This document shows positions 1 through 14,175 of a stretch of DNA of 64,000 nt, piece after piece; position 1 is the first letter of the stretch; each line of letters opens with the position of its first letter. The notes below the pieces were generated by a model. The model saw only the letters and a list, made by a program, of their open reading frames with translations, had not been told where the DNA came from and did no database searches. Source of the stretch: the human T2T-CHM13v2.0 reference genome, Homo sapiens; the NCBI RefSeq assembly GCF_009914755.1, contig NC_060930.1; one strand, given 5' to 3'. The translations under genes and the position numbers were made by a program.

Positions 1-258
<258 letters not shown>

Positions 259-2640
259 TCAATGAACCCAAAAACTCGTTCTTTGAAAAAATGAACAAGA
301 TTAATAGACTGCTAGCTAGGTCAACAAAGGAAAAACAGAGAGAAGATTCAAATAAGCACAATCAGAAACAACAAAGGTGACATTACAACCAATCCCACAG
401 AAGTACAAAAGATCTTCAGAGACTATTATAAACACCTCTACTGACACAAAGTAGAAAATCTAGAGGACATGCACAAATTCCTGGAAACATAAAATTTCTC
501 AAGATTGAATCAGGAAGAAATTGAAACACTGAACAGATCAGTATTAAGTTCTGAAATTGAAGCAATAACAAAAAACCTACCAATCAAAAAGTGCCCCTGA
601 CCAGATGGATTCACAGCCAAATTCTACAAGATGCACAAAGAAGAGCTGGTACCAATTCTACTAAAACTATTCCAAAAAAACAAGGAGGAGGGTCTCTTTC
701 CCAACTCATTCTACAAAGCCAACATCAGCCTGATACCAAAACACGGCAAAGACACAATGAAAAAAGAAAACTAAAGGCCAACATACCTGATGAACATAGG
801 CACAAAAATCCTCAACAAAATACTGCAAACCAAATCCAACAAGATATCAAACAGTTAATTTGCCATGATAAAGTAAGCATCATTCCTGGGATACAAGGTT
901 GGTTCAACAAACACAAAAGAATAAATGCAATTCACCACATAAACAGAATTGAAAACAAAAACCATATTATCATCTCAATGGATGCAGAAAAAGCTTCCAA
1001 TAAAATCCATCTTCCCTTCATGATAAAAACATCCTAGGAACAAGGCATCAGTGGAAAATACCTCAATATCATAAGAGCCATTTATGACAAACCCATAGAC
1101 AATATCATACTGAGTGGGCAAAAACAGGAAGCATTCCCCTTGAGAACTGGAATGAAACAAGGGTGCCAACTCTCAGCACTCCTACTCAACACAGTACTGG
1201 AAGTGCTAGCCAGAGCAATCAAGCAAGAGAAAGAAATAAAAAGTATCCACATAGGAAATAAAGTCAAACTATCTCTCTTCATGAATGATATAATCCTATA
1301 TCAAAAAAACCTAAAGTTTATCAGTTCTGAAAAAAATCTGGAACTGATAAACAACTTCAGTAAAGTTTCAGTATACAAAATCGATGTACAAAAATTAGTG
1401 GCATTTCTATACATCAATAGTATTCAAGCTGAGAGCCAAATCAAGAATGCAATCCCATTCATAATAACCACAATAAGAATAAAATAACTAGAAATACAGC
1501 TAACCAAGGAGGTGAAAAAATCTCTAAAAGGAAAATTACAAAACACTGCTAAAAGAAATCATAGGTGATGCAAACAAATGGAAAAATATTCCGTGCTCAT
1601 TAGTTGGAAGAATCAATATTGTTAAAATGGTTATTTAATAGGGCCCAAAGAAATCTACAGATTCAATGCTATTCCTACCAAATTACCAGTATCATTTTCC
1701 ACAGAACTAGAAAAAACTATTCTAATATTTATACGAAACAAAAAAAGAGCCTGAATACCAAAGCAATCCTAAGCAAAGGAACACAGCTGGAGGCATCACA
1801 TTACCTGTTTCAAACTCTACAATAAGGCTACTTTAACCAAAATAGCATGGTACTTGTATAAAAACAGACACAACAGACCAATGGAACAGAATACAGAACC
1901 CGGAAATGAAGCCACACACACACACCTATAGCCATTAGATCTTTGACAAAGTCAACAACAATAAGCATTAGGGAGAGGGCTCTCTCTTCCATAAATGATC
2001 CTTGGATAGCTGACTAGACAGATGCAAAAGAATAAAAATTGACCTCTACCTTTCACCACAAACAAAAATTAACTCAAGTTGAATTAAAGATTTAAATGTA
2101 AAACCTCAAACTATAAAGGAAAATCTAGGAAACTTAAGGAAGACCTAGGAAACACCATTCTGGAAATCGGCCCTGAGAAACACCATTCTGAACGTCGGCC
2201 CTGAGAAAGAATTTATAAGTAAGTCTTCAAAAGCAATTGCAATAAAAACAAATATTGACAAGTAGGATCAAATTAAACTAAAGAGTTTCTGCACAACAAA
2301 AGAAGCTATCAACAGAGGAAACAGACAACCTACATAATGGGAGAAAATATTCACAAACTACACATCTGACAATAGTCTAATAGCCAGAATCTATAAGTAA
2401 TTTAAACAATTCCACAAGCAAAAATCAAATAACCCCATTAAAAATTGGGCAGAAAATATGACAGATAATTTCTCTAAAGAAGACATGCAAATGGCAATAG
2501 ATACATGAAAAAAGATGCTCCACATCACTAATCATCAGATAAATGTAAATAAAAACCACAATGCAATACCATCTAATACCAGTCAGAATGACAATTATTA
2601 AAAAGTCAAAAAACTACAGATGGTGGCAAGGCACAGATGC
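259..2640 (+). mobile_element. Decayed LINE-1 ORF2 segment (older primate L1, L1PA15/16-L1PB-like)
   Basis: ORF fragments 591-1037 and 1140-1487 resemble L1 ORF2p RT region ([36 protein letters not shown] in place of SLFADDMI); many stops and frameshifts. Confidence 0.92.
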
Positions 2641-2641
2641 A

Positions 2642-2949
2642 GGCTGGGCACGGTAGCTCACGCCTGTAATCCCAGCACTTTGGGAGGCCGAGACGGGTGG
2701 ATCACCTGAGGTCAGGAGTTTGAGACCAGCCTGGCCAACATGGTGAAACTCCAGCTCTACTAAAAATACAAAAATTTGCCAGTTGTGGTGAAAGGCACCT
2801 GTAATCCCAGCTACTTGGGAGGCTGAGGCAGGAAAAATCCCTTGAACCCCGGAGGTGGAGGTTGCAGTGAGCCGAGATCGAGCCATTGCACTCCAGCCTG
2901 GGCAACAAGAGTGAAACTCTGTCTCAAAAAATAAATAAATAAATAAAAT
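2642..2949 (+). mobile_element. AluS (Sq/Sx-like), full length
   Basis: GGATCACCTGAGGTCAGGAG...CTGGGCAACAAGAGTGAAACTC; (TAAA)n tail. Confidence 0.92.
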
Positions 2950-3172
2950 AAAAATACAAAAATTAGCCGGGCTTGGTGGCACACGCCTGTAATCCCAGCT
3001 ACTCTGGCGGCTCAGGCAGGAGAATAGCTTGAACCTGGGAAGCGGAGGTTGCAGTGAGCAGAGATCGCGCCACTGCACTCCAACGTGAGACAGAGCGAGA
3101 CTCTGTCAAAAGAAAAGAAAAAAAAAGAGAAGAGAAGAGAAGAAAAAAGAAAAGAAAAGAAGGAAGGAAAGA
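2950..3172 (+). mobile_element. Alu right monomer with (AAAAG/AGAAG)n tail
   Basis: AAAATACAAAAATTAGCCGGGC linker then right arm to ~3107, purine-rich tail to 3172. Confidence 0.88.
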
Positions 3173-3829
3173 AAATTGTTGATTTTTGTTTTCTTAAGAG
3201 GGTGGCTATCTCACTAATTAAGATTCAGGTCCCCCTTATTTGAGACGGTTGCTACAGTGTGTGGCTTCATATTCTTTGATAATTGATAGTTTGGAAAAGA
3301 TTTCATCTGTTTTGCAGCTTACCATCAGTAAAGTCATACAAATTTATTAAGAATGCTATCAAATTTGGGTAAATTTCCATTAAGGTTTTTGTCTGTAGTG
3401 GCGCTGGTGATCTGTATGTGTGTATTTGTGTGTGCTTTTCATATAGAAGTGCTAATACTTGAAAGAATTTCCAGCAGACTAGCTTCTGGTTCTATATATT
3501 TCAAACTTTATTTCTCTTCCACTCTCAACATAAATTCAAAGCTAGATACTACAGGACATTATCATACAACTTCTAACCCTGCCCCTTGTAACTCAGCACA
3601 AGGAGTAGTGGGCATATGGCTACCTCAGGACAGCTAGCCATAGCTAATCTATAGTCAGAAATGACTGCAAGCTATGTATATCTCACTGATCCCAAGTGAA
3701 ATCAAATTCTCCATTCCTGGATCCCAGAATGCCTGCAGCCACTTCACATCAACTAAGCCAAGAGGAAGTGTGACAGAGGCTAAGTATATATAAATGGAAG
3801 GAGATAACAGTGTTAACTAATTAAGGCTG

Positions 3830-3969
3830 AAATGACTACTATTGCAAATTTTACAAAATCATGTGACCATGTGAACACATCCTGAGGCCACTCCCATTCC
3901 TTGAAAAGGGCCCTGCAAAGAAGTGCCCTAAAGATAAACTTAATTTGCTTCATGTTAAGTCCATCTCTG
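3830..3969 (-). mobile_element. hAT-Tip100 (Zaphod/MER115-like) DNA transposon end
   Basis: AACTTAATTTGCTTCATGTTAAGTCCATCTCTG resembles the remembered terminal sequence of this family. Confidence 0.35.
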
Positions 3970-5946
3970 AATACTTTTGTTTAACTGAACTTAAGCAGTA
4001 AAATGAAAAATAATCAAAGGTCAGGTGACTTCTAGCTTTCTTTTCTCAGCATTCAGTGAGTGATATTTAAAGAATACTGCTTATTAGAACATACGGTCCT
4101 TGACAAGGTGATCAGTATGTATACCCACATGAAACAACTACAGGATAACTCTTGATTGATTACTATTTACTGTGGCAATTTGAAGACCTGGAAATAATAA
4201 ATGTGTGGGGTGTCCTAAAATGTTTCCTTCAGGGAAACATCCTGAAGGAGATACAATTTGAGCCTACCCTGTAAGACACAAATGCAATCAACCACCGAGG
4301 ACTTGGGTCTGAGGATGGGGTTCTGTCTTGGAATATGAACATTTGCAGCCCTGGAAGAAGAAGGGCCAATGAGGAGGGATCTATCAAATATGTCAAAATG
4401 CCTAAGAATATCTCTCATTGTACTCTAGACTAGGAGTTACTATATCTGACTCTTTTTCAAAAGAACAATGTCTCCATTTAATAGTAGTCTGCTGACTGAG
4501 CAGCAGAAATTTGCAACCCACATTCATTTATATTATATAAGTTTTTAGTGTAATAGATTTCTTTGTGTCAACATAAAAAAAGTAAAGCTGTGATGGGCTG
4601 TAAGCCAGACTGTGGAAAAAGCCCCATTACATTGAATTGGGTGTTATCATGGTATTTGATAAACTGATGAGTCTATCTGAAGGGTTCGTCACGCTTGGAA
4701 GCTAACACTTTTCCCATAACTTTTTATTCTTCCATTTTGGAACACTCTCATCCCTTTCATCACTTGGCTGGTATCAAGCAGATTGTCAAAATTATTGTTT
4801 ACAATATTCATATCTTCAGAGCTGTCTTTATAGATTTTTTTCCTAAAAGGATTTTGAAATACTATCAGTGAATAGAGTAAAAAAAATCAAACAACCATCT
4901 CCCAAATTTCTAATACTTTAGTTCTAATTCAATCTTCATCTCAATCACTACATATCGTCCCCCATGACTTATTTAAAGAATGCAATAAAAGAAACATAAG
5001 CAAATAAGGTGAAAGGATTCATGTTTACCATTTGAATATTTATCTTTTGAAAACAGCAGAGTTGTAACAATCTCTAGTGAATTTCTTCAGTCATGTCTTG
5101 ACAAGCATTTGTTGCCTGTGACCAGAATCAATATGGTTTATAGCATAAACTCCTTTTTTCTCTCTCTCTTTTTTCTAGGATTACTATTTAAAGCTAAATA
5201 AACTTAAAGTAATCATAAAAAGCTAAACATATATTTTAATGCTAGAGCTGCTTGGAATCTATTAAAAAGTATTAAAGGAAAAGCACACCAGAGAAAGAAA
5301 AGTTGAGAAAAGAAAGCACTCTGGTTAAATGAGTACAAAAGCCAATTATTTCCATGTTAATTACCTTTCAGGAAGAACTACTGAATTTATATGATAGAAC
5401 TATTGTCATTAAATATCTGGCTTGCACAAATATTGGAGGGACATAGAAAAATAAGAGCAATTTAATTAACAGGTAAATTGGGCCAACAAGAAATTTACTT
5501 TTATGTTCATTTGCATTTAACTAAAGTAAATTAACAAAAGGAAATGGTCAGCTTCAAAAAAATCTGAATTGTTTCATGCTCTTTTTTTTAAGAACAAGTC
5601 TTTATTTAGTCTGAAACAAAACATAATAAACCTTCTGACTATAACTTAGGGCTAGTTTGTTTTTCTTTCTTTCTTCTTTCTAAAAACTATCCAACTTACT
5701 TTCCCCCAAGCATACAAAGAAGGTTCTAGAATTTTTTAGAATTTCTTCCTACCATGTACCTGATACCCACAGATAATCCCAGTCAAAACTGTGAAATTAG
5801 AAGGCAGTACTACTATTAATAATTAGACCAGAGAAACCAGTAATTGGGAACAATATGATCTAATTGAGTTAGACACAGCTAACATAGCCTCCCAGCTAAA
5901 CCTCCTGATGTGAAATTATCCTCCAACAACCCCTCAAGCCCCATCA

Positions 5947-5947
<1 letters not shown>

Positions 5948-5993
<46 letters not shown>
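5948..5993. repeat. (CA)n microsatellite, ~23 units
   Basis: Perfect CA run seen directly. Confidence 0.98.
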
Positions 5994-5997
<4 letters not shown>

Positions 5998-6377
5998 CTA
6001 TCCCTCCAGCTTCTCTTGAGGGGCAAGTCTAAGACTTTGGTCCTGTCCTGTGACCCTAGCTGATTGGACACCAAAGCTGGAGGAAACCAATCAATCCTAA
6101 AGGCTAGGCTGAGCCAATCAGACAGCTCCCTTCTTAATTTTGTACAGAGACTACCAGAGGATGATGTATACTGAATAGGAAGGTTATGTGTTGAGTTAGT
6201 GCTGGAGTCAGTACCACATACCAGCCAAAATTATAAGAGAACAAAACAGAAAAAGTCAGTCTAGTGAGTAGATGAGTACCATTCAGCCTGTGAAAAACCC
6301 AGCTTTGCAATTCAAACCTCTATCTGGTTTCAGTTATAATTAATATTTGTTCCTCAATACAAAAGTAAGCATGTTTG

Positions 6378-7090
6378 TACCATATGATCCAGAAATCAGG
6401 CTCCCTGATATTTACCCAAATGAATTAAAAACTTATGTTCGCACAAAAACCTACACGTGAATGTTTATAGCAGCTTTATTCATAATTGCCAAAACTTGAA
6501 AGCAACCAAGATTTACTTCAGTAAAATGGTTAAATAAACTGTGGTACATCCAGACATGGAATATTATTCAGTGCTAAAAAGATGAGCTATCAAGTCATGA
6601 AAAGACTTGGAGGAACTTTAAATGCATTTCACTAAGGGAAATAAGCCAATGTGAAAAGACTGCCTACTTTATGATTCTACCTATATGATATCTTGGAAAA
6701 GGCAAAAATATAGAGACAGTAAAAAGATCAGTGGTTGCTGGGGGGCACAGTGGGGGAGATGAATAGGTGGAGCACAGAGGATTTTAGGGAAGTGAAACTA
6801 CTCTGTATGATACACAATGGTAGCTACATATCATTTCACATTTTTCAAAATCAAAATATGAGCAATACCAGAATGAGCCCTAATATAAACCTTAATATGG
6901 ATTTTGGGTTATAATAATGTGTCAATGTAGGTTCATCACTTGCAACAAATGTACCAATGTGGTAGGGATATTGGTAGAGAGGGAGGCTGCATGTGCATGA
7001 AAACAGAGTATATGGGAACCCTCTCTACTGTCTGCTCAATTTTGCTGTAAACCAATATTTCTCTAAAAATAGTTTTTTAATTTTTTAAAA
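6378..7090 (+). mobile_element. L1MC-type LINE-1 3' end
   Basis: CCATATGATCCAG...GCAGCTTTATTCATAATTGCCAAAAC ORF2 tail and L1MC 3'UTR (CAACAAATGTACC...GCTCAATTTTGCTGTAAACC). Confidence 0.8.
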
Positions 7091-7279
7091 AGTAAAAGAA
7101 AAGCATAGAAAAAGATCTAGAATGTACACATTTGTGGTAAGAGGGGTTATCTCTAAATGATGGATGCTTTCATTTCTTTCTTCTTTTTATTTGGCAATAT
7201 TTCCCAACATTTTTTATTTTGTTTTTTAAGAAAAAAAATTTCCTCAAATATTGTGAAATTTTTAAAAAATTATATCTTT

Positions 7280-7633
<354 letters not shown>

Positions 7634-8043
7634 TTATGCACATACTCAAGTGGCCAAGTTAGAGAATAAATAGAAGTTATTTAAAGGATGAAATTTTACA
7701 TTATGTCTTAACTGGTGTTTCTGACTGAAACATAAAGTATGACAATACTTTTTATCTTCTTCCAATAAAGCCAGTCTCATTCACATTGATCAGTACATGA
7801 CTAAAATGGACTGCTAAGTATTTACATTTTATTAACGGCAAAATCCTTTAAGTAAAAAAGTTCTAATATTACCCTTATACATTAATTTCTCTTTTTTTAA
7901 TTGAGGAAAAATACTAGTAAACCAGGAATATAACTTAAATATTTTGAAAATTGATTTTAGGCCATTATTGAACAAAATACTCAATGATGTCTTTGAAATG
8001 AGGATGATAATATAATTAGATGGCTAAAATAGAACACTGTTTC

Positions 8044-8270
8044 ATGGTTGAGAGCATGGGGTGTGTTGTCATACTGTCTAGGTTGTAACCTTAGCTTCAT
8101 AGTTCTTCAGCAAGTGACCCTGAGCAGGTTTCTTTGTTTTTAAACTTTAATTTTTTTCAATTAAAGGAAACAATAATATAACACCATCTTTATAAGGTTG
8201 TTTTATCATACTAAATAATGTATTCAAAGCAATTATTTAAGTAACTTGCACTTGGTAAGCAATTTACTAT
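8044..8270 (+). mobile_element. MIR SINE
   Basis: GGTTGAGAGCATGGG, GTGACCCTGAGCAGGTT, ATAAGGTTGTT, GGTAAGCAATT match degenerate MIR core and tail. Confidence 0.65.
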
Positions 8271-8639
8271 CATTAGGGTATAAAGTAATAAACTGATGTC
8301 AAACTACTAGCAAGTCCCAAGAGTTGTGTTCTAGAACTATGTTCTATTCTATATTATTTTATTTGTGTTGTGGATGGCATGATAAAGATCACTAAATACC
8401 TTTTGAACACAAACATAGAATATACTTAATCCAATGGCTGGCTGAATAAATATTCAAAGGGGTTTTCTTTTTCAAAATACTTGGATGATATCTAGAAGTG
8501 CAGGAATAAAATTTAAGCAAAAATAATTGCAAAATCATAAACTTTAATTCAAAAAATTCAAGACACAAATGCAGGCCAGAAAAAAAAAAATCCTTAATTC
8601 AAATAAAAGTTAGGAGTTTTAGTTACCCAGAGGAGCACA

Positions 8640-9140
8640 TGCACCACAGTGCAAGTCTGGTTACCCTGACCTACTTTGTTAAATTTCAGAGATCAGAGGA
8701 CCATAAAATACTAAGGTAAAAGAGAGTGCCCAGATTGATTAGATAATCTGACAAAGACTTTTTATTAAAAGTAAATGTTTGCTCTGTAAAGGGCAATACT
8801 TATAAGAAGGCAGCAAGAACTCCATCAACTATTGTGAAATATTTTAAAGGAAAAGGATGTTGATATGTTCTGTTAATCCAGAAAGTAAAACTAGAACCAC
8901 TGTATATAATTTAAACAAAGCAGGTGTCAAATCAATATAAGGTTCAATTTAAGGAGGAAGAGTTAATATTGCCTGACTGTAGGTCAGTTCAGGTGAGAGA
9001 GTAGTGGACCAGCGCAGAGACAAGATGTTCATCATGGGGTAGAGTACTTTGTGGAAAAGAACTCTGACCTGAGGTAGAAATTTGGACAGAATGACCTCTA
9101 GCTGTTGTTACACCTCTAGGACTCTGAGGTTCTAAGATTC
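8640..9140 (+). mobile_element. L3/CR1 LINE 3' fragment
   Basis: AAAACTAGAACCA...ATCAATATAAGG and TGGACAGAATGACCTCTAG...TTCTAAGATTC CR1-like tail. Confidence 0.5.
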
Positions 9141-10192
9141 AGCTATCTGCTCAGTTAACTTTACTCAATTTGCCTATTGAGAAGGGTTTTTCAAATGTAT
9201 GATACTAAAAGAAATATTTAAAGGCAGAAAAGACAACTTAAAATTAGCTAAAATGTAAAGAAAGACTTTTAAAAAAAAATAATTAGGAACAGATGAAAAT
9301 ATCTACCATCTACCCTAACTAAAAAAAAAGAAAAGAAAATCTATTGTTATAGATTTTAAAAGAGATAGTAACTATTACTTTTAACATCAAAAGTCCTTCT
9401 GCATGTTGCTCAAATATATTGCCAAGTGTAATTCCATATGCCTAGGCTTCTCCATCTAAAATGGACAAATTTCCTGCAATGCCTTCCTTTGAGTGACAGA
9501 GCATTTTTGTTTATGCCTCTTTTTACAACTTGTCTTCATTCATTATTTTGTTTAAGAGTTAGGTTCGTCAGTCTCTTTTTTGTACAACATCATTGGGAAG
9601 CATAAGTCTTTCTCCCTCTCCTACTTAAAACACTGCAAAGGCTCCCCATTGCAGTTAAAGTCATTCAAATTCCTTTTTAAGACAGGCAACTCTACAAAAC
9701 TTGGGTCCTGTGTACCTCTCCCACTGCCATTCACTCTGCTCCGGCTCTTGCTCACAGGGCTCCAGTGACACTGGCTCCATCCTGTGGGTGCCATTCCCTA
9801 AGCCTGATGGTTTTTCCCCTGACTCTTCCCCTGGACAGCTGCTGCTTCTCATTCTGTAGTTTTCAGGTTCCATGCCACTTTAGAGTGATTTCTCCTAAAA
9901 GAAGCATGAAAAACCAGCCCACCCCAAATCCTGACTTGTTATTTTTCTCACCTCTTGTTTGTTCATTTGCTCTCTGCAAAACTCTTATCCCAATTGGTAG
10001 TTATCTCATTTATTAATTTGCATATATTTTATCTATCTTCCCTACTGGAATCTAAGCTCTAAATGGAAAAAAATTAAATAAAAAAGCATTGCCTCTCTTG
10101 CATTGAGAACAGTGCCTGGTACATGATATGAGCTCAATAATTATTTGTCTGACAATTGGAAGTAATAGCCAAACAGTCAAATACGACACTTA

Positions 10193-10580
<388 letters not shown>

Positions 10581-10679
10581 AAAAAAACAAATTGAATAAT
10601 TTATATTTATATCTTTTGTTTAATGGTACTTAAGAGCTTCCCATGCTATTAAGACAATAATACTACTTATAATAGAAAA

Positions 10680-11110
<431 letters not shown>

Positions 11111-12369
11111 AAAACTAAAGTCCATAACATGTCTCACAACCATCTCCATGATCTGGCCCATTCCTGTATCTACAACCTCACTTTATACAAGTTTCTAGCT
11201 GATACTTAACATGCAAAAATACCAGATGTTTTAACCAGAAGCACGGTAGGAATGGACTTCTTCTCACTCATCAAACCAGACTGAGATAGTCCTTCACCAT
11301 CAAAAGCCTCTATACATCTTCATGTGCTTTTCCCCAGACTTTCTAAGCTGCCTCATAATCCTCCTTATGGAGACCTAAAGGCTGTCTATCTTTTAGAATC
11401 CTGCGGCAATCACTCCTCTATGATTTTATACCACATAATCATAACCCAAAGACTTCCATTAAATATCTATTAATTTTATTATTGATAGTAGCCATTTGAT
11501 AAATCCATTGTCTCTTATTAGTTATCTGTTTGGCTCCTTAAATTATTTAGCTTTTCATGTATATTGACTCATCTCCCAGCAACAATATAAGGGCCTTGAG
11601 AGCAAGGATCATGTCTTGTTTTGCTCTTCTTTCTTTTCTTGCATAGCCCCTTGCATATTGTCTTGTATATATGTCTTAGAGATGCCTAATAGGTATCTAT
11701 TTTTTGATTTGTCAGTTGGTCTTCTTTTCACTTTATGTGATCATTGTCAGTAGAGAGTTAGGAAATATCTGGCATTGAGCTTCCAAATATTTAGCTATCC
11801 AGTATGAATCATGGTATTTCCAGCTCATACCTAAAAGAACTAGTATTCTACTAATTATAGAGTACAGCAGAGAAACTTTTTGCAGACTTTTTTACTTGGA
11901 ATAATCTACATACTGTCATCCGGGAAGGTAGAAAAACACTCAGCACAGCTTCCAAAATCTGTGTTTGCTGGTGTTTGACACATCATCCACATACTTGTCC
12001 GCTATGCTACTGTTAACACAGCTTTGCAGAATATGTTTCTATGGTAATTTTAAGCTTATATAACACCAGCTCCTCATATTCTTCATGAACATTTCTTATA
12101 TTTGTGAAAATTACACATATTTCAACTTCAAAAGTGATTCCATTTATTGCATGGACATTAAGACAATAATTATGAAATAAAACTGTGTAACAACATGAAA
12201 ATATTTCATAATGTTAAGAGGGGAAAAAAGCATTAATTCAAGTCTGTGTTGAGATCAGAGCTATGGAACATGTGGAAGGTGCTCTTGCTGACTTACCCAC
12301 AGCCATCCTTCTTCCTAACTTCCATATTTCATATTCTCTGCAGGTACCTACCCTTCTCCACAGGCCATG

Positions 12370-12729
12370 TGTTTTAGCCTGTTCAGGCTATTATAACAAA
12401 ATACCATAGACTGGGTGACTTATAAACAAAAAAATATATATATTTATTACAGTTCTGGAGGCTAAGTCCAAGATTAAGGCACCAGCAGATTTGGTTTCTG
12501 GTAAAAAACCATTGCCTGATTCAGAGATAGCCATCTTCTTACTCTAACCTCAATGACAGAAGAGGTCCCTCTCAGGCCTCTTTTATACGGGCACTAATGC
12601 CATTCATGAGGGCTCCACCTCCATGACCTAATCACCTCCTAAAGGTTGTACCCTCCTAATACTATCCCTTAGGGGTTAGGATTTCAACATATGAATTTTA
12701 GGAGGGACATAAATATTCAGACCATCTCA
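12370..12729 (-). mobile_element. MaLR solo LTR (MLT1A/MSTD-like), TSD CCATG/CCATA
   Basis: ATAACAAAATACCATAGACTGGGT...GGGCACTAATGCCATTCATGAGGGCTCCACC...TTCAGACCATCTCA; 5-bp flanking repeat. Confidence 0.85.
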
Positions 12730-12798
12730 CCATATGTTCAGGGAGGTCTGGGCCCAGGTCATTCCCAGCCCAAGGGGTGGATCAACATTAGTCTAAAC

Positions 12799-13135
12799 CA
12801 GAGGCTCTTAATGCAGAAGATTTTGAGGTACCAGTACTCAATTCCCTACCTATTCTCTTCCCACCTCAGCCTCCCTCAAAAATGGACAGTTCTGGGATAA
12901 GACTCTGGTGTCTGGTGTGCTTAAACCTCCTTGAGTGATTCTAATGTACAGCTAGGATTTAGAATTACTGGTCTGAGCCAGTGGTTCTCAAACTTCAGCC
13001 AGCCAAGAATTACCTAGAGGACTTGTTAAAACACTGGGCCCCACTCCCAGAGTTTTTGATTTAGGAAGTCTAGAGTAGGCCTGGAAATTTCATCCTAGCA
13101 AGTCCCCAGATGATTCCAATGAAGTCCATCTAAGA
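12799..13135. mobile_element. Two adjacent MER5-family hAT-Charlie MITEs
   Basis: GTGATTCTAATGTACAGCTAGGATTTAGAATTACTG end, 8-bp spacer GTCTGAGC (cf. GTCTAAAC at 12791), then CAGTGGTTCTCAAACTT start. Confidence 0.7.
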
Positions 13136-13970
13136 TTTTTCTTTGAAATCTTAGCTCTTAAAACTAAGCTCCTCTGTAGAAACCTGTTTTTTATGTACCA
13201 TTTGGAACTGTGGTAATTTTGCTACCAGACCACAGATGGCACTAACAGAAAGAAAAGACTGGAGTCAAGGGCTTCTCAGACAAGGGCAAAAGTAATCTGA
13301 AGGAACTCTGTACCTGCCCTACCTAGGTACATATAAGTTAAAGTAAATCTCCTATTTTTTAAGTCATTAGATGAAGATTTTGTTATTTCCTGCCAAAAAC
13401 ATCCTACCTGATGTCTTCCTAAGATAGAAACAGCTTCAAATGATGAAACGGTTTCAAATGATGAAAGTATGAATATTTTTCTTTTTCTCAATATGCTTTT
13501 AATCTGATAAGTATTACAAAATAATGTTCTTGAATAAATCTCTACTATAAAATGGGAGAGAAAGAACGTGACTATTTTACCTATTTATTCAATTTACATA
13601 ATAATTCATCACTTTTTCTTTGTGATGTGTTTTTTCCAAAATATTTTCTATTGAATACCTCATTTAGAGGCAAGATACCAAATTTGAGATCCTTCTTATC
13701 CATTTTTAGAGCTAAATGACTATAGAAATGCCTTAATATCAAGAAGTGCATAGCAGTTTACTGCATTAAAACTCAAGTGGAGGAGTAAGAACTTCTAAGT
13801 TATAATTATTGAACCTCCTCCTGACTTTGCCTTGACTCTACCGAGTAAGTTATCCTCGTGTGTCCCAACCCCCACCTCATCCATTTATTGATGCAAATAT
13901 CTAAATGCCCTTCCCTTATCCTGTAATCCTACTTCCACCACCATCTTTGTTATATGGCATAGAAAGCTGT

Positions 13971-14175
13971 TGTAGAAATCATGCAAGTCAGTAACCCTAG
14001 CTCCCATTCCCATTCTCACTGGTGTGCCTCCACTCTAGATGCTGGAAAAGCTAAACACTTGCTTTCCCAGTCTCCACTGCAACTAGGAATGGTCAGGTAA
14101 CACAGTCCTGGCTAACATAACACAAACAAAAGTCTTCTATAGAGCTTCTAGGAAACTTTCTTTTCTTGATACAAA
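13971..14175 (+). mobile_element. ERVL LTR fragment (LTR16/LTR33-like)
   Basis: GCTTTCCCAGTCTCCACTGCAACTAGG...CACAGTCCTGGCTAA...GCTTCTAGGAAA motifs. Confidence 0.5.

Larger units (their letters stand above)
12270..13413 (+). mobile_element. Old ERVL-class LTR (LTR16-like), interrupted by a MaLR LTR and MER5 elements
   Basis: TGTGG...CCCACAGCCATCC start and TTTAAGTCATT...TGCCAAAAACATCCTACCTGAT LTR-type end. Confidence 0.4.

Noticed and set aside
2614-3078. Alu-antisense ORFs (also 7340-7564, 10792-10983, 48443-48736)
   Set aside because: Typical Alu translation products ([23 protein letters not shown]), not genes
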